Below are positions 29,835 through 41,069 of a stretch of DNA of 64,000 nucleotides, one piece after another. The notes under the pieces were generated by a model, which worked only from the letters and a program-made list of their open reading frames with translations, did no database searches and was not told the origin of the DNA. Numbering within the stretch: the stretch's first letter is position 1; every line of letters starts with the position of its first letter. The position numbers were made by a program, and so were the translations under genes. Location: assembly GCA_963714975.1 (NCBI GenBank), contig CAVQQD010000002.1:1-64000 (forward strand), given 5' to 3'. Origin of the DNA: an uncultured Gammaproteobacteria bacterium (lineage in GTDB: Bacteria; Pseudomonadota; Gammaproteobacteria; JAURND01).

Positions 29835-30189
29835 TGAAAAACTATAATAATAGGATAATAATGCATTCTGCTAATAATTATTTATCACTAGTGGAGTACG
29901 AAATGATCCAAAATGTAGCCTAATTGTGTGTCCTAAAAAGTGTTTACACATCAGTTAGCATAGGATTATTACGCCTAGGACTATATTTCATTTTCGGGAA
30001 CAATTATACTTTAGTTAAAACTGAAAAAATTTGTTGACATCTTCTTCATTCATACTCTAAATTAATTTCAGGTTTATAGTCTTTTACTAATTTTCGATTT
30101 CGCATAGTATTTTTTCTTGCCGTCAGTTCCATGAGCTCTTTGTAGCGATCCAGCTGATTTAGCGTTCGAATAACAATGAGGAAACTTTA

Positions 30190-33100
30190 ATGGCAGAATC
30201 TAAAAATTTGCACTTGAATGATTTAGAAGAAATCGAGGAGCATAAAAAATTTTTTCCTCAAACTGAAGAACATCCTGAGATTCCAAAATCAGAACTGTCA
30301 ACACTCAACACTAATAACCCCAAAGAGAAAAAAATACTAGTATCAGACAGATTTACTCTATCCCAGGGCCAGCTAGTTCCTGATTATCCTATTTCGGTGG
30401 CATCTCAAAGTTTATTACCACTCTCGCAATTTAACGACTATTCATTGTTCTCATTTTTTCAAGGGGACCTCGATGAAAAACCGAAAACTTCAACATCAAG
30501 CAACCTTAATCTTTCAGATTTTATTTCCGATCCAGATGGGCCTATCGCTATACACGAGCACAAATTAGATACCAATAAAGAGCATAAAAATGAGAAACAA
30601 TCCTCAGGTTACATGCCGCCCCTTTTGACTGAACTCTTGCAGGAATTAGCGGCTGAATTGAAAGTAGAAAAACCAAAGCCAGAAACCTTAAATGCCTCTT
30701 TTACCCTGTTGTATCAGCACTGCACTCGGTTGTCGATCGAGGGCTGGCAGCAGTTTTTGCCTTTAGTGCACGCCTACATGCAGCAATGCTTGCCGGAGCG
30801 TAATACTTTGTATGGCTATTACCAACAAAAAACGCATTCTGAAATTTTACAGCAAGCTCAATGCCTCTTGTGGCAGTATGAGCAAATTGGGGTGTATGCG
30901 CAGCAGAGTTTAAATCACTTGGTGGTGCATGAGTTTTATCGGCAAGGGGCTATTCACTTAGTTCAAAAAGGTTGCCACTATCCTGAGCAATGGCTTGGAG
31001 AACCCCAACTTCTTGGCATAACGATCACCAAGCCAGTAGAAAAAATTGCTTTTGATGAGGCTAAAGCCCAAAGGCGCTGTCAAAATAATCCTAAACTAAA
31101 AAATTACTACGAGGAATTTGTGCGGCATCTGGCGGCATGCTTATGTGCAGCCATCATTATTTCTTCGGAGCGTGTTGATCCTTCTCAAGGATTTACACAG
31201 ACCATTACCGCAGCACTCATCGAAAAGCTTATTCCTGATATCTTACACCTGACTCCTCTCGCAGGCGGAAAGATCAGTGCGGTTGCTAAAATAATTCAAA
31301 CCGTGTCTGATTTTGCCTTTAAGCTACGGGCACAGCGTGATGCTAGGCGCGTCTGCGCTTGGTCGTTAACCGCTTATGAGAGCGGTCGATTAGCTCGATC
31401 ACTCGGGTTACGTTTGGCTTTATTACGCGAACCCACTCTAGTGTCTACTTTGGCTCCCTCTGAGATTTCAACCCAATCCTCAGGTATCGATAAACTCAAA
31501 GAAATCAAAGAGTATGCCATTACTCAAGTAGAGGCGTTTACCGATCAAGCAAGGGTTAGTCTTCAAGAACTGAAAGAAAGCAAAAATTTTGATTCCGCGG
31601 GAGCGCTGGCTTTAAAAGACAGTGATATGATGTTGGATTTGCTGCAACAACACACCCCAAATACCCAGCATTGGGGAGGTTCAGATGATTGGCTCAATGC
31701 GAATGCGGGATTTTTAGCAGACCAATTTCAAAAGCAGTTAAATCAGAAAACTGTGTTCAATTCATTTTTCTCAATACCGCAAAGTACTGTCTCCATAGAA
31801 AGTTCTTGCCAATTAACAGTACCCAGCACCTCTTTTCCGTCTGCCCGATTTTATCAAGGGAGTTATCAACCATTGACTGAAACGATCTGGTTGCAGCATA
31901 AGCAGACTGCTGATGCGCGAATGTGGCGTAAGGAGCATGAGCAGCAGTGGAATTTGCTTGATAAAACCAATTTGGATGAATTGCTGAAGTTTCAAGAACA
32001 AATTCTGGAAGATTTACAGCTGTCTTTGGGATGGAGTGATAAAGAACGCCCAGAAATTTTAGTCCACTATGTGCGGCCGCTATGGGCTCAGGACCTGGGA
32101 ATTAAAGTACTTACCCAAGCGATTCAGAGTGCTGCTCATCAATCCTGGTCGTTCTGGGAACCCCGCCATCAACAGCTACAAAGAGCACTAGAGCGTCTGC
32201 GCTCTCAAGACAGCGAATTAGCTGAAATCGTGGGTCGTTGCTATTTTCGTGCTCTGGCCGAATGGCAATTGCAAGTAGCAGCGGCGAGTGAACGGCAAGC
32301 GCAAGAACTGGAAAAATTAACCTTAGAACAAAAGCTGTGGGAAAACCGTGCTGAAACTTGGAAGAACGATTTTCACGCTAAGGTCAAAGAATTAGGGATA
32401 GATTTGAGTGCTCCGACACCCGGTGTACCACCTCTGACTGAAGAGCAGCGTACTATTTATGCGAATCCTGAACAATTCCGTCAACTTGCTATCGCAATTT
32501 GGGGAAGTGGTCAGGATTTTAGTATATTAGAGCCCCATAGTCATTACTGGGAGTCCAACTGGAAAAGTGCCCGCAATCAGAACCGACCGGAAGCCAACCC
32601 GATGCATTTGGCGTTAAGTTGTGCTTATCGAGAAGCCCAGCACGCCGTTGAGGATGCCGCTGCCGGCAAACACCATGTGCTCCACGCGCGCCGAGAATCC
32701 TTGAAACAGCAACTGATGCAAAGCAAAACGACAGCAGAGGCACTGACTAAAATACTCCAGGCTCAAAGAGTAACAGAACACAAATTTCGCGGACATGTGC
32801 AACCCACTATACTTTCCCAACTGCCTAGTGTGGTGAGGGTGCCGGATCAAAAATCTTCCTCTCTTAAAAAATCCTTCCAAGAGCGGGTCACAGAATTTTG
32901 GCAACGGGCGGCCCAAGAAGCGAGTGAGTTAGAACGCCAACTGGGTAATCCCCCCTGCGGCTTTAGTGTCTTAGCCTGGCCAGTCGATGGTCCCCAGATA
33001 TTGCAAGGAATTTGGCGCTGTGGTTTTTTTCTCACCGAGCCTGCTAAGGTGGACCATCTCTATTGGCGCCGGTATTATTGGTTCCTGCAAGAACGTTTGA

Positions 33101-36100
33101 AGACCTTAACCCAGCTTTTAGTCTTACCCATGCAATGGGCAGAACTCACTCAGGCCCAAGAGTATCAAGTCGACTCCCTAGATGTAATTCCTTATCGTCA
33201 TATGGCTTGTTGTTTGAGGGTCAGCGAGACTGAAGCGCAGCAAGCACAGAATTTATGGCCAAGTTATCAAGAGCGCAGCCAGGCCAGGCTTGCTGAAGCC
33301 ACTTTACCAGAACACAAAATGCCTCTCTCACGTGCCTTAGCGCAGCAAGATATGAAGGCTACACTTACTCCTGTGCCTGCTGCGATGAAACAAACAGTCG
33401 TAAAGCATCCAGTATGTGACCCCATGGCTACGTTACTGCGTCCTTTGCAATTATGGTTACGGGATGCCGCCAGCTTTTATGGCCTGGCTCCAGAGACACC
33501 AGAAAATTTGTTGAATGCACTGCAAACCCAGGAGCTTCTCCACCCGGATTTTATTACCGATTTGCGTGCAGCTTACACCTGGGCATTGGCTCACAGTGAA
33601 GCGTTGCAGGATGCCTGGATACATGAAGAGCCACCAGTCGGCCTTAATCTTGGGCAAGCCATTTTGCTTGCGGATAATGAGGCAGTACCCGAGCAATACC
33701 ATAGCGCTTTTTATTTATCCGCTCGACACTATCGACAGCACTGCCGTTACACCTTAGAAGTACTGCGACAAACTTATAGGGCGACGTATGCGCGTTGGTG
33801 CCACCAGGAAGCAATTCCTAAGGCCTTTAATCCTGTGGCCTTTCAGGCTAAATATTTATTAGAGCAAGCGGCCAAGTCAGAGTTGACGGATCGACAAGCC
33901 TTTAGGGTTTTAGACTCTGTTATTGAAGCGATCTCCCATCACCCCTCACTGCGAAAATCAGCGGATTGGCAACTCTCTAATTTTTTACAATTAAGCAAAG
34001 CGCGGCAATTGTATTATGTAGAACATCTTGCTCCTTATTTAACCTATGAGGAGCAAGACGCCCCTGAGGGGCTTATGCAGCAGCTTCTGAATGTCCCAGA
34101 ATTGAGTGGTCGACGCCTACGTTGGGTCAAGGAACAAAGGGAATGGCAGGAGCGACTACTCCCTATGCTTTGGGCAGAAGACAAGACGACGACTACTACA
34201 GGATTACCCCCTACTCAGAGTTCTGAAGCGTCGACTTCTTCAACAAACATAGAGCACGATACTTCAATCCAACCTCCTATCCGGGAGGAAAAAGACCAGG
34301 TAACGCCTAATGAAATAAAGGCGACGGTACCACCCATTCAGATGAGTGTGGTACGGCAAATCCAAAGCAATGGTGAATTAATTTGGCAAGTCCAGACACA
34401 CTTACTCAAACCCGAGGTAGCTAAGAAACTTTTTGACTCTACAGGACAATGGCTTCCAAAGGATCCCAAAGTTCCGGGGAACCATCGCGTTTTCCCCATC
34501 AAAATCGACAATCAACGATTCTGGATCAAGGCTTATCCCGAGCAACCCGCTATAGAATGGATTGTTCACCAATTGGATCGCCGCTTGGGAGTATTTGGTA
34601 CCCCGCGTTTTGAAGTGGTGAAATTTCATCACGGGGGTCAAACTTCTTGTGCATTACTTAGTGAGCATGTCATGGGTTCTACATTGAAAAAGGTTACTCA
34701 AAAGAAACCTAAAAGACTCGCCAAGTTGGATTTTATTTCATTCGCTCGCACTTTATTGCGCGTTTTGCTGATTAATCCTGAGGATGATAAAGATGATGAT
34801 TACTTGCTTGAAATTCAGCCAAACGGTCAACTGCATTTAAAACGAATTGATAACGATCGCGCATTTTTTGAACCCTTTACAGCAGAGGGCAATTACTTTT
34901 TTAGCAAGGCGACTTTGCAAGTCAAAAGTGTGGTGTATTGCTTGGAACAAATGCGTCAAAACTGGCCTTGTGAGCCTAGGATGCAAAGCCTTTTGGAAGA
35001 GTGGCGGCGGATACAACCCCTGACCTTGATGCAAGATTTATTAGATCAGGCTACGAAACAACAGCTGGCGTGGAAAGAATTGTTTTCACAAACTGAGGTT
35101 GAGGATCATTTTAAGTTGCCTGACCCTGATAAATGTTTAGCCGTGATGTTTTTCCCCCCCGGAGTCACCAAGGAAGTTATCAACCGATTGACTTTGATGC
35201 AAAATTCGCTTCGCGTAGCGGCCCAAAAACTTGCTGAAGCTAAAACCCCTCATATTAGCTCAGAGCCCAAAAAACCTAGTTTTTACCCACTGAATGGATT
35301 GACTTTGCTGTACGATACTCAGCCGAAACTAGGGCGGTATTATGCTAAATCCCATGGGGAGCATGTCAGTTCACAGGGCGAAGAACCTAAGCAGAGTGCT
35401 GAAATTACGTGTGATCATAGTCAAGTAGACCATCGCTTTTCCCAAGCAGTGGGTCCTTGGTATAAAAAAAATACTCAAGGGGAGATGACAACTAACATAT
35501 CGAGTTTCAAAGCTTTCCAAGTGAGTCTTCGGTTACAAAAACCTTTAAAAATTGAGCAATTAAGCAATATGTGGCTCGGACAAGAATTCAGTCCTCAGCA
35601 AGAATTAAGTGGGTTAAAAGAGTGGCGGATGACGCGTTTACGCCATTTAGAACAACGAATGTTAGCGCCTAAGTCCACTGTGTTAGCTGAATCAAAAATA
35701 TTACCCCAAAATGCAAGTCTTACCTCTCAAAATGAAGAAAAACTTTGGCAAAACCATCACGCACATGCAGCAGAGGAATTTCGGGCCTTACCACAGCCCC
35801 AACGCGAGAAAATATGGAATAATTTTTATTTAAAACTGCGGCGTCAACAGCTGAATGATCCGCAGCAATTAATTATACTCCATGCCATGATCGGAGCTGG
35901 TTGGCGAGAACTGGATTTGAGTGTATTTAATCCTGAATTAATTACCGACGAAAAGGTAACGGCATTACTGAGAGGGACACAGACAGCCTTACCTGTCATA
36001 CCGTTGCTTAAACTTAATCTGAATGGTTGTTATTGCTTATCGGAAAATATTTTAGATATAATTCAGCGTTACAGCTATGAAACCCTTGAGCGCTTATACT

Positions 36101-37812
36101 GTAATCGCCTGCTTTGGCAAAACATTGCTCTAGAGAATTGGGATCGATTGCTTTATTTTGAAGGTATAGGCACTAAAGTTTCGCAGTTCGTCATGAATAG
36201 GGTGCCTAAATTAAAGCAATTAAACTTATCTAAAACAACTCTGGTAACGCTCAGTGGGACTGCGCCAGAATTAGCTTATGTAAATGTGGATGGCTGCCAC
36301 CAGTTACGGCATATTGGTAAGCCAGGAGTAATTACGGGTCAGCCCTTGAATGCCCCGCAGTTAAAAGTGTTAAATATCGCCAAGTGTGTCAATTTGGAAT
36401 ATCTGTCTTTACCCAAAACACTTTTTTATGAAGCCATTATTTCACAACTACCCGAGTATCCTAAATTACAGGCGATCGAGTTACAAATCGATCAAGGTTT
36501 TATTTCTATACCGAGCTACGCTATCCCTCCGCTGATTGCGCAAAGTAAGACTTTAGATTGTGACGGAGCAGGATTGTCTTCGTCACAAATTATTAAATTA
36601 ACTGCTTATTTGGCGCATGATCAATTTTTCAATCATGTAGACTTGAGCAATAACCGTTTAATTTGGGATTTGCCTGGATGGGAACAGGAAGCATTGCTTG
36701 CCTTAGGCAAGGCATTGGCGAGCAATAAAACCATTACCCATCTCAATATAAGTCGCCATGTGGTGAATATAGGGGATAGATGGCGTGGTATGGAGGAAAT
36801 ACCACTACGTACTTGCCAATTGTTTTGCGATATGATTGAACATAGCTCACTGATTAGTCTGGACATGTGGGGTGTTTGGGTGCATCCCTATGCAATTAAA
36901 AGGATCAGCGCAGCTGCGCGAGCGAATCCAACATTCCAAGAACTGAGGCATCATTATATCCACCATGTGGTCTCGGTATGGAATAAGAGGGGGGCAAAAA
37001 AACAATGGGTAAAAAAAGATGACTGTATCCAAAAGGTACAGCAATTAACTGAAGCAAAAACTCCTATAACCGGTAAGCTCGAAAATTTCTCCTCTGCAAT
37101 GCCTGGTGAAGCAGAACTTTTGCAACAGGTCTCAAGTAGTAATTCCCTATTTGAAAGTCCAGTGGTATTTTTTTCTACTCCTGATTCAAAGCAGACTAGC
37201 GCAATGGGTGTGCACAAAACAGTCACACCCACCTTTATCCGATGCCAAAACCAATTAATCAAAGAATGTGAACAAGGTAATTTGGCTGGTGTCATGAAAT
37301 GGATTGCTAAAGGTGCTCAAGTGAATGAATCGAATGCGGAGGGGAAAAAACCTTTATATTCAGCCGTATATGGCCTGAATTTTCGGATAGTACAATATTT
37401 AATACAACAGCATAAAAAAGGGATGGAATCTATTAGTTGGAAAGGTTGTGAGGGGCACAATAAAAAACATTACGGCAAAACATTTCTTATGGAAAAGCGT
37501 ATTGTCGAGACTAATGAGGATTGGTGTCATTTAATGGAAACGACTCAAGAGAGTGAATTTTTGGACGGTTACCTGTTAAGTAAATATCCAAACACACATA
37601 AGTGGCAGTTTGCGAGGTTGGACGTTGCTTGTTACCAACATGAAAAGGTTGATGGTGGGGTTGCAAAGCCTCTTACTCAAGACATGATGGTGTGGTGGAT
37701 AAAAACAGCTGAAGGGTTGGAAGTACTGAAAGAGCAAATTATACGTGAATTGCAGCAGCAGGAGTGCTCCAGCCATAGTAAAAGTACCATGACATCTACA
37801 TCCTGGCTTTGA
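30190..37812 (+). CDS. 2540-aa multidomain putative effector: helical regions, atypical PI3/4K-like kinase, LRRs, ankyrin and shared C-terminal module
   Basis: WIKAYPE...INPEDDKDDDYLL...RIDNDRAF kinase-like motifs; LKQLNLS, LKVLNIAKC and VDLSNN LRRs; GKKPLYSA ankyrin; GAGGA RBS. Confidence 0.8.
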   Translation: MAESKNLHLNDLEEIEEHKKFFPQTEEHPEIPKSELSTLNTNNPKEKKILVSDRFTLSQGQLVPDYPISVASQSLLPLSQFNDYSLFSFFQGDLDEKPKTSTSSNLNLSDFISDPDGPIAIHEHKLDTNKEHKNEKQSSGYMPPLLTELLQELAAELKVEKPKPETLNASFTLLYQHCTRLSIEGWQQFLPLVHAYMQQCLPERNTLYGYYQQKTHSEILQQAQCLLWQYEQIGVYAQQSLNHLVVHEFYRQGAIHLVQKGCHYPEQWLGEPQLLGITITKPVEKIAFDEAKAQRRCQNNPKLKNYYEEFVRHLAACLCAAIIISSERVDPSQGFTQTITAALIEKLIPDILHLTPLAGGKISAVAKIIQTVSDFAFKLRAQRDARRVCAWSLTAYESGRLARSLGLRLALLREPTLVSTLAPSEISTQSSGIDKLKEIKEYAITQVEAFTDQARVSLQELKESKNFDSAGALALKDSDMMLDLLQQHTPNTQHWGGSDDWLNANAGFLADQFQKQLNQKTVFNSFFSIPQSTVSIESSCQLTVPSTSFPSARFYQGSYQPLTETIWLQHKQTADARMWRKEHEQQWNLLDKTNLDELLKFQEQILEDLQLSLGWSDKERPEILVHYVRPLWAQDLGIKVLTQAIQSAAHQSWSFWEPRHQQLQRALERLRSQDSELAEIVGRCYFRALAEWQLQVAAASERQAQELEKLTLEQKLWENRAETWKNDFHAKVKELGIDLSAPTPGVPPLTEEQRTIYANPEQFRQLAIAIWGSGQDFSILEPHSHYWESNWKSARNQNRPEANPMHLALSCAYREAQHAVEDAAAGKHHVLHARRESLKQQLMQSKTTAEALTKILQAQRVTEHKFRGHVQPTILSQLPSVVRVPDQKSSSLKKSFQERVTEFWQRAAQEASELERQLGNPPCGFSVLAWPVDGPQILQGIWRCGFFLTEPAKVDHLYWRRYYWFLQERLKTLTQLLVLPMQWAELTQAQEYQVDSLDVIPYRHMACCLRVSETEAQQAQNLWPSYQERSQARLAEATLPEHKMPLSRALAQQDMKATLTPVPAAMKQTVVKHPVCDPMATLLRPLQLWLRDAASFYGLAPETPENLLNALQTQELLHPDFITDLRAAYTWALAHSEALQDAWIHEEPPVGLNLGQAILLADNEAVPEQYHSAFYLSARHYRQHCRYTLEVLRQTYRATYARWCHQEAIPKAFNPVAFQAKYLLEQAAKSELTDRQAFRVLDSVIEAISHHPSLRKSADWQLSNFLQLSKARQLYYVEHLAPYLTYEEQDAPEGLMQQLLNVPELSGRRLRWVKEQREWQERLLPMLWAEDKTTTTTGLPPTQSSEASTSSTNIEHDTSIQPPIREEKDQVTPNEIKATVPPIQMSVVRQIQSNGELIWQVQTHLLKPEVAKKLFDSTGQWLPKDPKVPGNHRVFPIKIDNQRFWIKAYPEQPAIEWIVHQLDRRLGVFGTPRFEVVKFHHGGQTSCALLSEHVMGSTLKKVTQKKPKRLAKLDFISFARTLLRVLLINPEDDKDDDYLLEIQPNGQLHLKRIDNDRAFFEPFTAEGNYFFSKATLQVKSVVYCLEQMRQNWPCEPRMQSLLEEWRRIQPLTLMQDLLDQATKQQLAWKELFSQTEVEDHFKLPDPDKCLAVMFFPPGVTKEVINRLTLMQNSLRVAAQKLAEAKTPHISSEPKKPSFYPLNGLTLLYDTQPKLGRYYAKSHGEHVSSQGEEPKQSAEITCDHSQVDHRFSQAVGPWYKKNTQGEMTTNISSFKAFQVSLRLQKPLKIEQLSNMWLGQEFSPQQELSGLKEWRMTRLRHLEQRMLAPKSTVLAESKILPQNASLTSQNEEKLWQNHHAHAAEEFRALPQPQREKIWNNFYLKLRRQQLNDPQQLIILHAMIGAGWRELDLSVFNPELITDEKVTALLRGTQTALPVIPLLKLNLNGCYCLSENILDIIQRYSYETLERLYCNRLLWQNIALENWDRLLYFEGIGTKVSQFVMNRVPKLKQLNLSKTTLVTLSGTAPELAYVNVDGCHQLRHIGKPGVITGQPLNAPQLKVLNIAKCVNLEYLSLPKTLFYEAIISQLPEYPKLQAIELQIDQGFISIPSYAIPPLIAQSKTLDCDGAGLSSSQIIKLTAYLAHDQFFNHVDLSNNRLIWDLPGWEQEALLALGKALASNKTITHLNISRHVVNIGDRWRGMEEIPLRTCQLFCDMIEHSSLISLDMWGVWVHPYAIKRISAAARANPTFQELRHHYIHHVVSVWNKRGAKKQWVKKDDCIQKVQQLTEAKTPITGKLENFSSAMPGEAELLQQVSSSNSLFESPVVFFSTPDSKQTSAMGVHKTVTPTFIRCQNQLIKECEQGNLAGVMKWIAKGAQVNESNAEGKKPLYSAVYGLNFRIVQYLIQQHKKGMESISWKGCEGHNKKHYGKTFLMEKRIVETNEDWCHLMETTQESEFLDGYLLSKYPNTHKWQFARLDVACYQHEKVDGGVAKPLTQDMMVWWIKTAEGLEVLKEQIIRELQQQECSSHSKSTMTSTSWL

Positions 37813-38406
37813 AAATCACAAAGCTTTTAATAATTTTTTAAGCATTTTCACGTAGTGTTTTGCGATTTTTTAGAGGGTTGCATTATATAGGGAAATAAAA
37901 TAACTTATGCGGTACATTCAAGGCTGTGTTAGCCAATAGGCTGACGTGGCCCACTTGCGGTACAGGGAGTCCAGTCCTCATTCTAAGAACTTACAGAATG
38001 AGGTTTGAATTTCGAAGAAACGCACAGTAGTGTGCTGAATCGCCTGAAAAAAGTGAGGGTATTGCTAGTCCTATAACATTTTGTTGGGTGCACAAAGTAG
38101 GTGGGGGGGGTGCGCTACATAAAAACCTACCCAATGAACCATTATCGAAATAGCCAGAATTTAGTTATTTCCGATAGGGGCTAAGATTTTTAATAAGAAC
38201 TGGTTTTAAAAGCTATCCGCAAATAAAACAGAATGGAATTTTGCTTGTAACTGATTACCTGTAGTTCCCCAAAGTTAGCGAGCAATCAGGAAAATATATG
38301 ATTTTTCCTCCCTACAGAGGACAAGGAATTTATTTTAAACGTACTTCATAATTCCTTAATAAGTCTCATGTACTATAAATTTACTTTATTTTTTTAAGAG
38401 GATTTT

Positions 38407-39591
38407 ATGCAGGACACTCCGATACCTTTTGAAATTTTCCAGCAATGCTATGACGATTTGCACAATATATTTGAGAAAGAACGGAGTCTAACTAGTTTTG
38501 ATTCATGCGTTTTGATGCAGGATGCAGAGATGGAAGAAGCTTTGTCGAGTCTTTTTGAAGGGGCAAACTCAGTAGAAAGGATAGAAACATTTTACAAGTC
38601 AGCCCAAAGAATGGCAGGTTTATTAAAATCTCATAATAGGTTGCCTGATGAATCGCCGGGTAAAAAGAGCTTTGATGCTTGCGAGAAAGTGTGTTTGGAA
38701 TATTCAGGGCGGGAAACAGGGTTGGTTTTCTTGGGTGCCCGGAAGGATAAACCGATTTTGGATACAGAGGAATGGCTTAAGGTTCCAGAGCATAAGGCGG
38801 CCTATGACGACTATGCAAAACGGCACCATGAACACTTTCTCGAAAAATATAAAACACAACTAGAGTTTGAAGAACAAAATAAAATTTGTACTAGATTTAG
38901 TAATTTCTGGAAAGATAATCCTAAATTAGCTACTAGAATACCTCATTTATTTTGGCCAATCCCTGTGTCAATAGGTCTCACTTATCTGGCGAGTCTAGTT
39001 TATGATGTCTGTTATCATGCATCGAGTATCGATGCAGTAAATAAATTTTTTAGTTCTAGGTTGCGGGATGCTTCTTCCTTTGAGATGTTAAAAACTCCTG
39101 GGGCTATATATGGATTGGCAACTTTACTAGCTGTAGCCGTTTGTGTTAGTGCTTGTTATTGGTGCAGCAAAAAACAACCAAAAGAACAAAAATACATCCC
39201 GCAGCAAAAGCTTAATGAAAAAAATGAAATTTGTTCTAGGTTTAGTAATTTCCGAAAAGATAATCCTAAATTAGTTGCAAGAATACCTCATTTGTTTTGG
39301 CCAATCCCCGTGTCAATAGGTCTCACTTATCTCGCAAGCCTAGTTTATGACGTCTGTTATCATGCATCGAGTATCGATACAGTAAATAAATTTTTTAATT
39401 CCAGGCTGCGGGATGCTTCTTCCTTTGAGATGTTAAAGACTCCTGGGGCTATATATGGATTGGCAACTTTACTAGCCGTTGCCGTTTGTGTTAGCGCTTG
39501 TTGTTGGTGCAGCAAAAAACAACCAAAGGAACAAAAATACACCCCGATTCTAGATAACCGGATTGTGGGGGGAACTTCACACAACAAATAG
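38407..39591 (+). CDS. Hypothetical membrane protein with a duplicated two-TM module
   Basis: GAGGA RBS; two near-identical ~108-aa units at a 345-bp period. Confidence 0.8.
   Translation: MQDTPIPFEIFQQCYDDLHNIFEKERSLTSFDSCVLMQDAEMEEALSSLFEGANSVERIETFYKSAQRMAGLLKSHNRLPDESPGKKSFDACEKVCLEYSGRETGLVFLGARKDKPILDTEEWLKVPEHKAAYDDYAKRHHEHFLEKYKTQLEFEEQNKICTRFSNFWKDNPKLATRIPHLFWPIPVSIGLTYLASLVYDVCYHASSIDAVNKFFSSRLRDASSFEMLKTPGAIYGLATLLAVAVCVSACYWCSKKQPKEQKYIPQQKLNEKNEICSRFSNFRKDNPKLVARIPHLFWPIPVSIGLTYLASLVYDVCYHASSIDTVNKFFNSRLRDASSFEMLKTPGAIYGLATLLAVAVCVSACCWCSKKQPKEQKYTPILDNRIVGGTSHNK
38877..39546 (+). repeat. Intragenic tandem duplication, 345-bp period
   Basis: 38877-39201 and 39222-39546 align with few substitutions. 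Confidence 0.9.
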
Positions 39592-40034
39592 ATGATTTGT
39601 TGCCCAGGGTTTAAAACAAATAGAAATTGTCCAGTGCTTAGAGCGTTTGCATTGCAAGTAAGAGTGATACATCTCAATTACTGATTGATGCCTAAAACCA
39701 CATAGATAACCACTGAATGAGCAGGCTGAGCGTATTTTGTTTAGTCGGGATGACAGCTCTGTGTGTGGTCGTTAGCTAGGTGAAAAACTGTGGATCAGGG
39801 TTTTGTCTGTATAAAGTTTATAATTATTCTTGCTTCAATTTTGCGCGGTTCGGCGCTGCTCTATTGTGTTTTACTATGCATTCGCAGGGAAATACCCGCC
39901 TAATAAAAATTTTTAAAATCCATGGGTTACGACACAACTCCCTGATTGTTAATCAATTGATCTTCTAGTTTAAGTTAAAATTTCCAAAAAAAAAGAATTT
40001 TGCTCAGGGGGCAAATTAATTTATAAATAGAAAA

Positions 40035-41069
40035 TTAATAAAATTTATGTTCTTGGATAATTTCATCAATGTTCTTACGGTTTTTTTCGTAGAAACTTAC
40101 TTCAACTGCGAATCCATCACTACAAGCATACGCTAGCATTCGTAATAATTTATCATTACTATTCAAATGGTTTCTTCCATTTAAACGACTACTTAAAAAT
40201 CTTGCATATTTTTTATCATTTTCTAAAAAGCAAAATATTAAAGTATTTTTTTTGTTATGATCTAGCAAAGTCATATAAGTTATCCACGGCATATAATGGT
40301 ACCCTAATATCTTCAGTTTAAAGAAATCAGCTCTTGGGCTCAACATAGGAGTCGATCGACCGCAAAAAATGAGATTATATGAATCTAAAGACATTTCTAA
40401 AAATTCGGTTTCTTCATAATTATCGGATTTGATCATTTGTTCAATTTGTTTCTTCCTATCTTCATGCTCATTTAAACAAAACTCTAGCTGTTTTTCCCAA
40501 ACACCACTCCCCAAATGTTTTGCTAATTTTTCCTCTTTCTCGATTAAATCTCCAATATAATTTTGCCTAGATAGATGTTGGATCCTTAATATTTGAATCC
40601 TAATGTGGTAGATGCCATAACATATATTTCTGTAATGAATGAGGCTAGCTTTTTTCTTGTCGATTTTCCCATCAAATAAATCTATCGATTCAAATAAGCT
40701 GTTGTCATGAACTGCACAAAAACCTTTAAAAGTTGTAAATTTTTTCTTATCAATTTCTTTAATCAGTTTTTGATTTTCTTTTTTGATTATTTTTGAAAAA
40801 TTAGTTTGAAAAGTCCGAATTTTCTTTAAATCACTATTTAATTTAAAGAGATAATGTTCAGGTATTGTGTGTGATGATATTGGTTTGTTTTGGCAAGGTG
40901 CATAGAAACATTTTTTATTACTATATCGGATATTCCCGGTTTCCGATATTAGTTTTTCAATAGGCATGAACTCTTTATTCATTTTTTTACTCAATTCGTA
41001 TCTACCTGACGTAGATACGGAATGCAATTTCGATAAAGTAGCAACTAAATTGGGTAAATTATTGACCAC
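40035..41069 (-). CDS. AT-rich hypothetical protein with a Cys/His zinc-binding, HNH-like motif set
   Basis: CFYAPC...ISSHTIP and FKGFCAVHDNSLFESID; visibly lower GC than its neighbours; start uncertain. Confidence 0.65.
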   Translation of the reverse strand: MVNNLPNLVATLSKLHSVSTSGRYELSKKMNKEFMPIEKLISETGNIRYSNKKCFYAPCQNKPISSHTIPEHYLFKLNSDLKKIRTFQTNFSKIIKKENQKLIKEIDKKKFTTFKGFCAVHDNSLFESIDLFDGKIDKKKASLIHYRNICYGIYHIRIQILRIQHLSRQNYIGDLIEKEEKLAKHLGSGVWEKQLEFCLNEHEDRKKQIEQMIKSDNYEETEFLEMSLDSYNLIFCGRSTPMLSPRADFFKLKILGYHYMPWITYMTLLDHNKKNTLIFCFLENDKKYARFLSSRLNGRNHLNSNDKLLRMLAYACSDGFAVEVSFYEKNRKNIDEIIQEHKFY

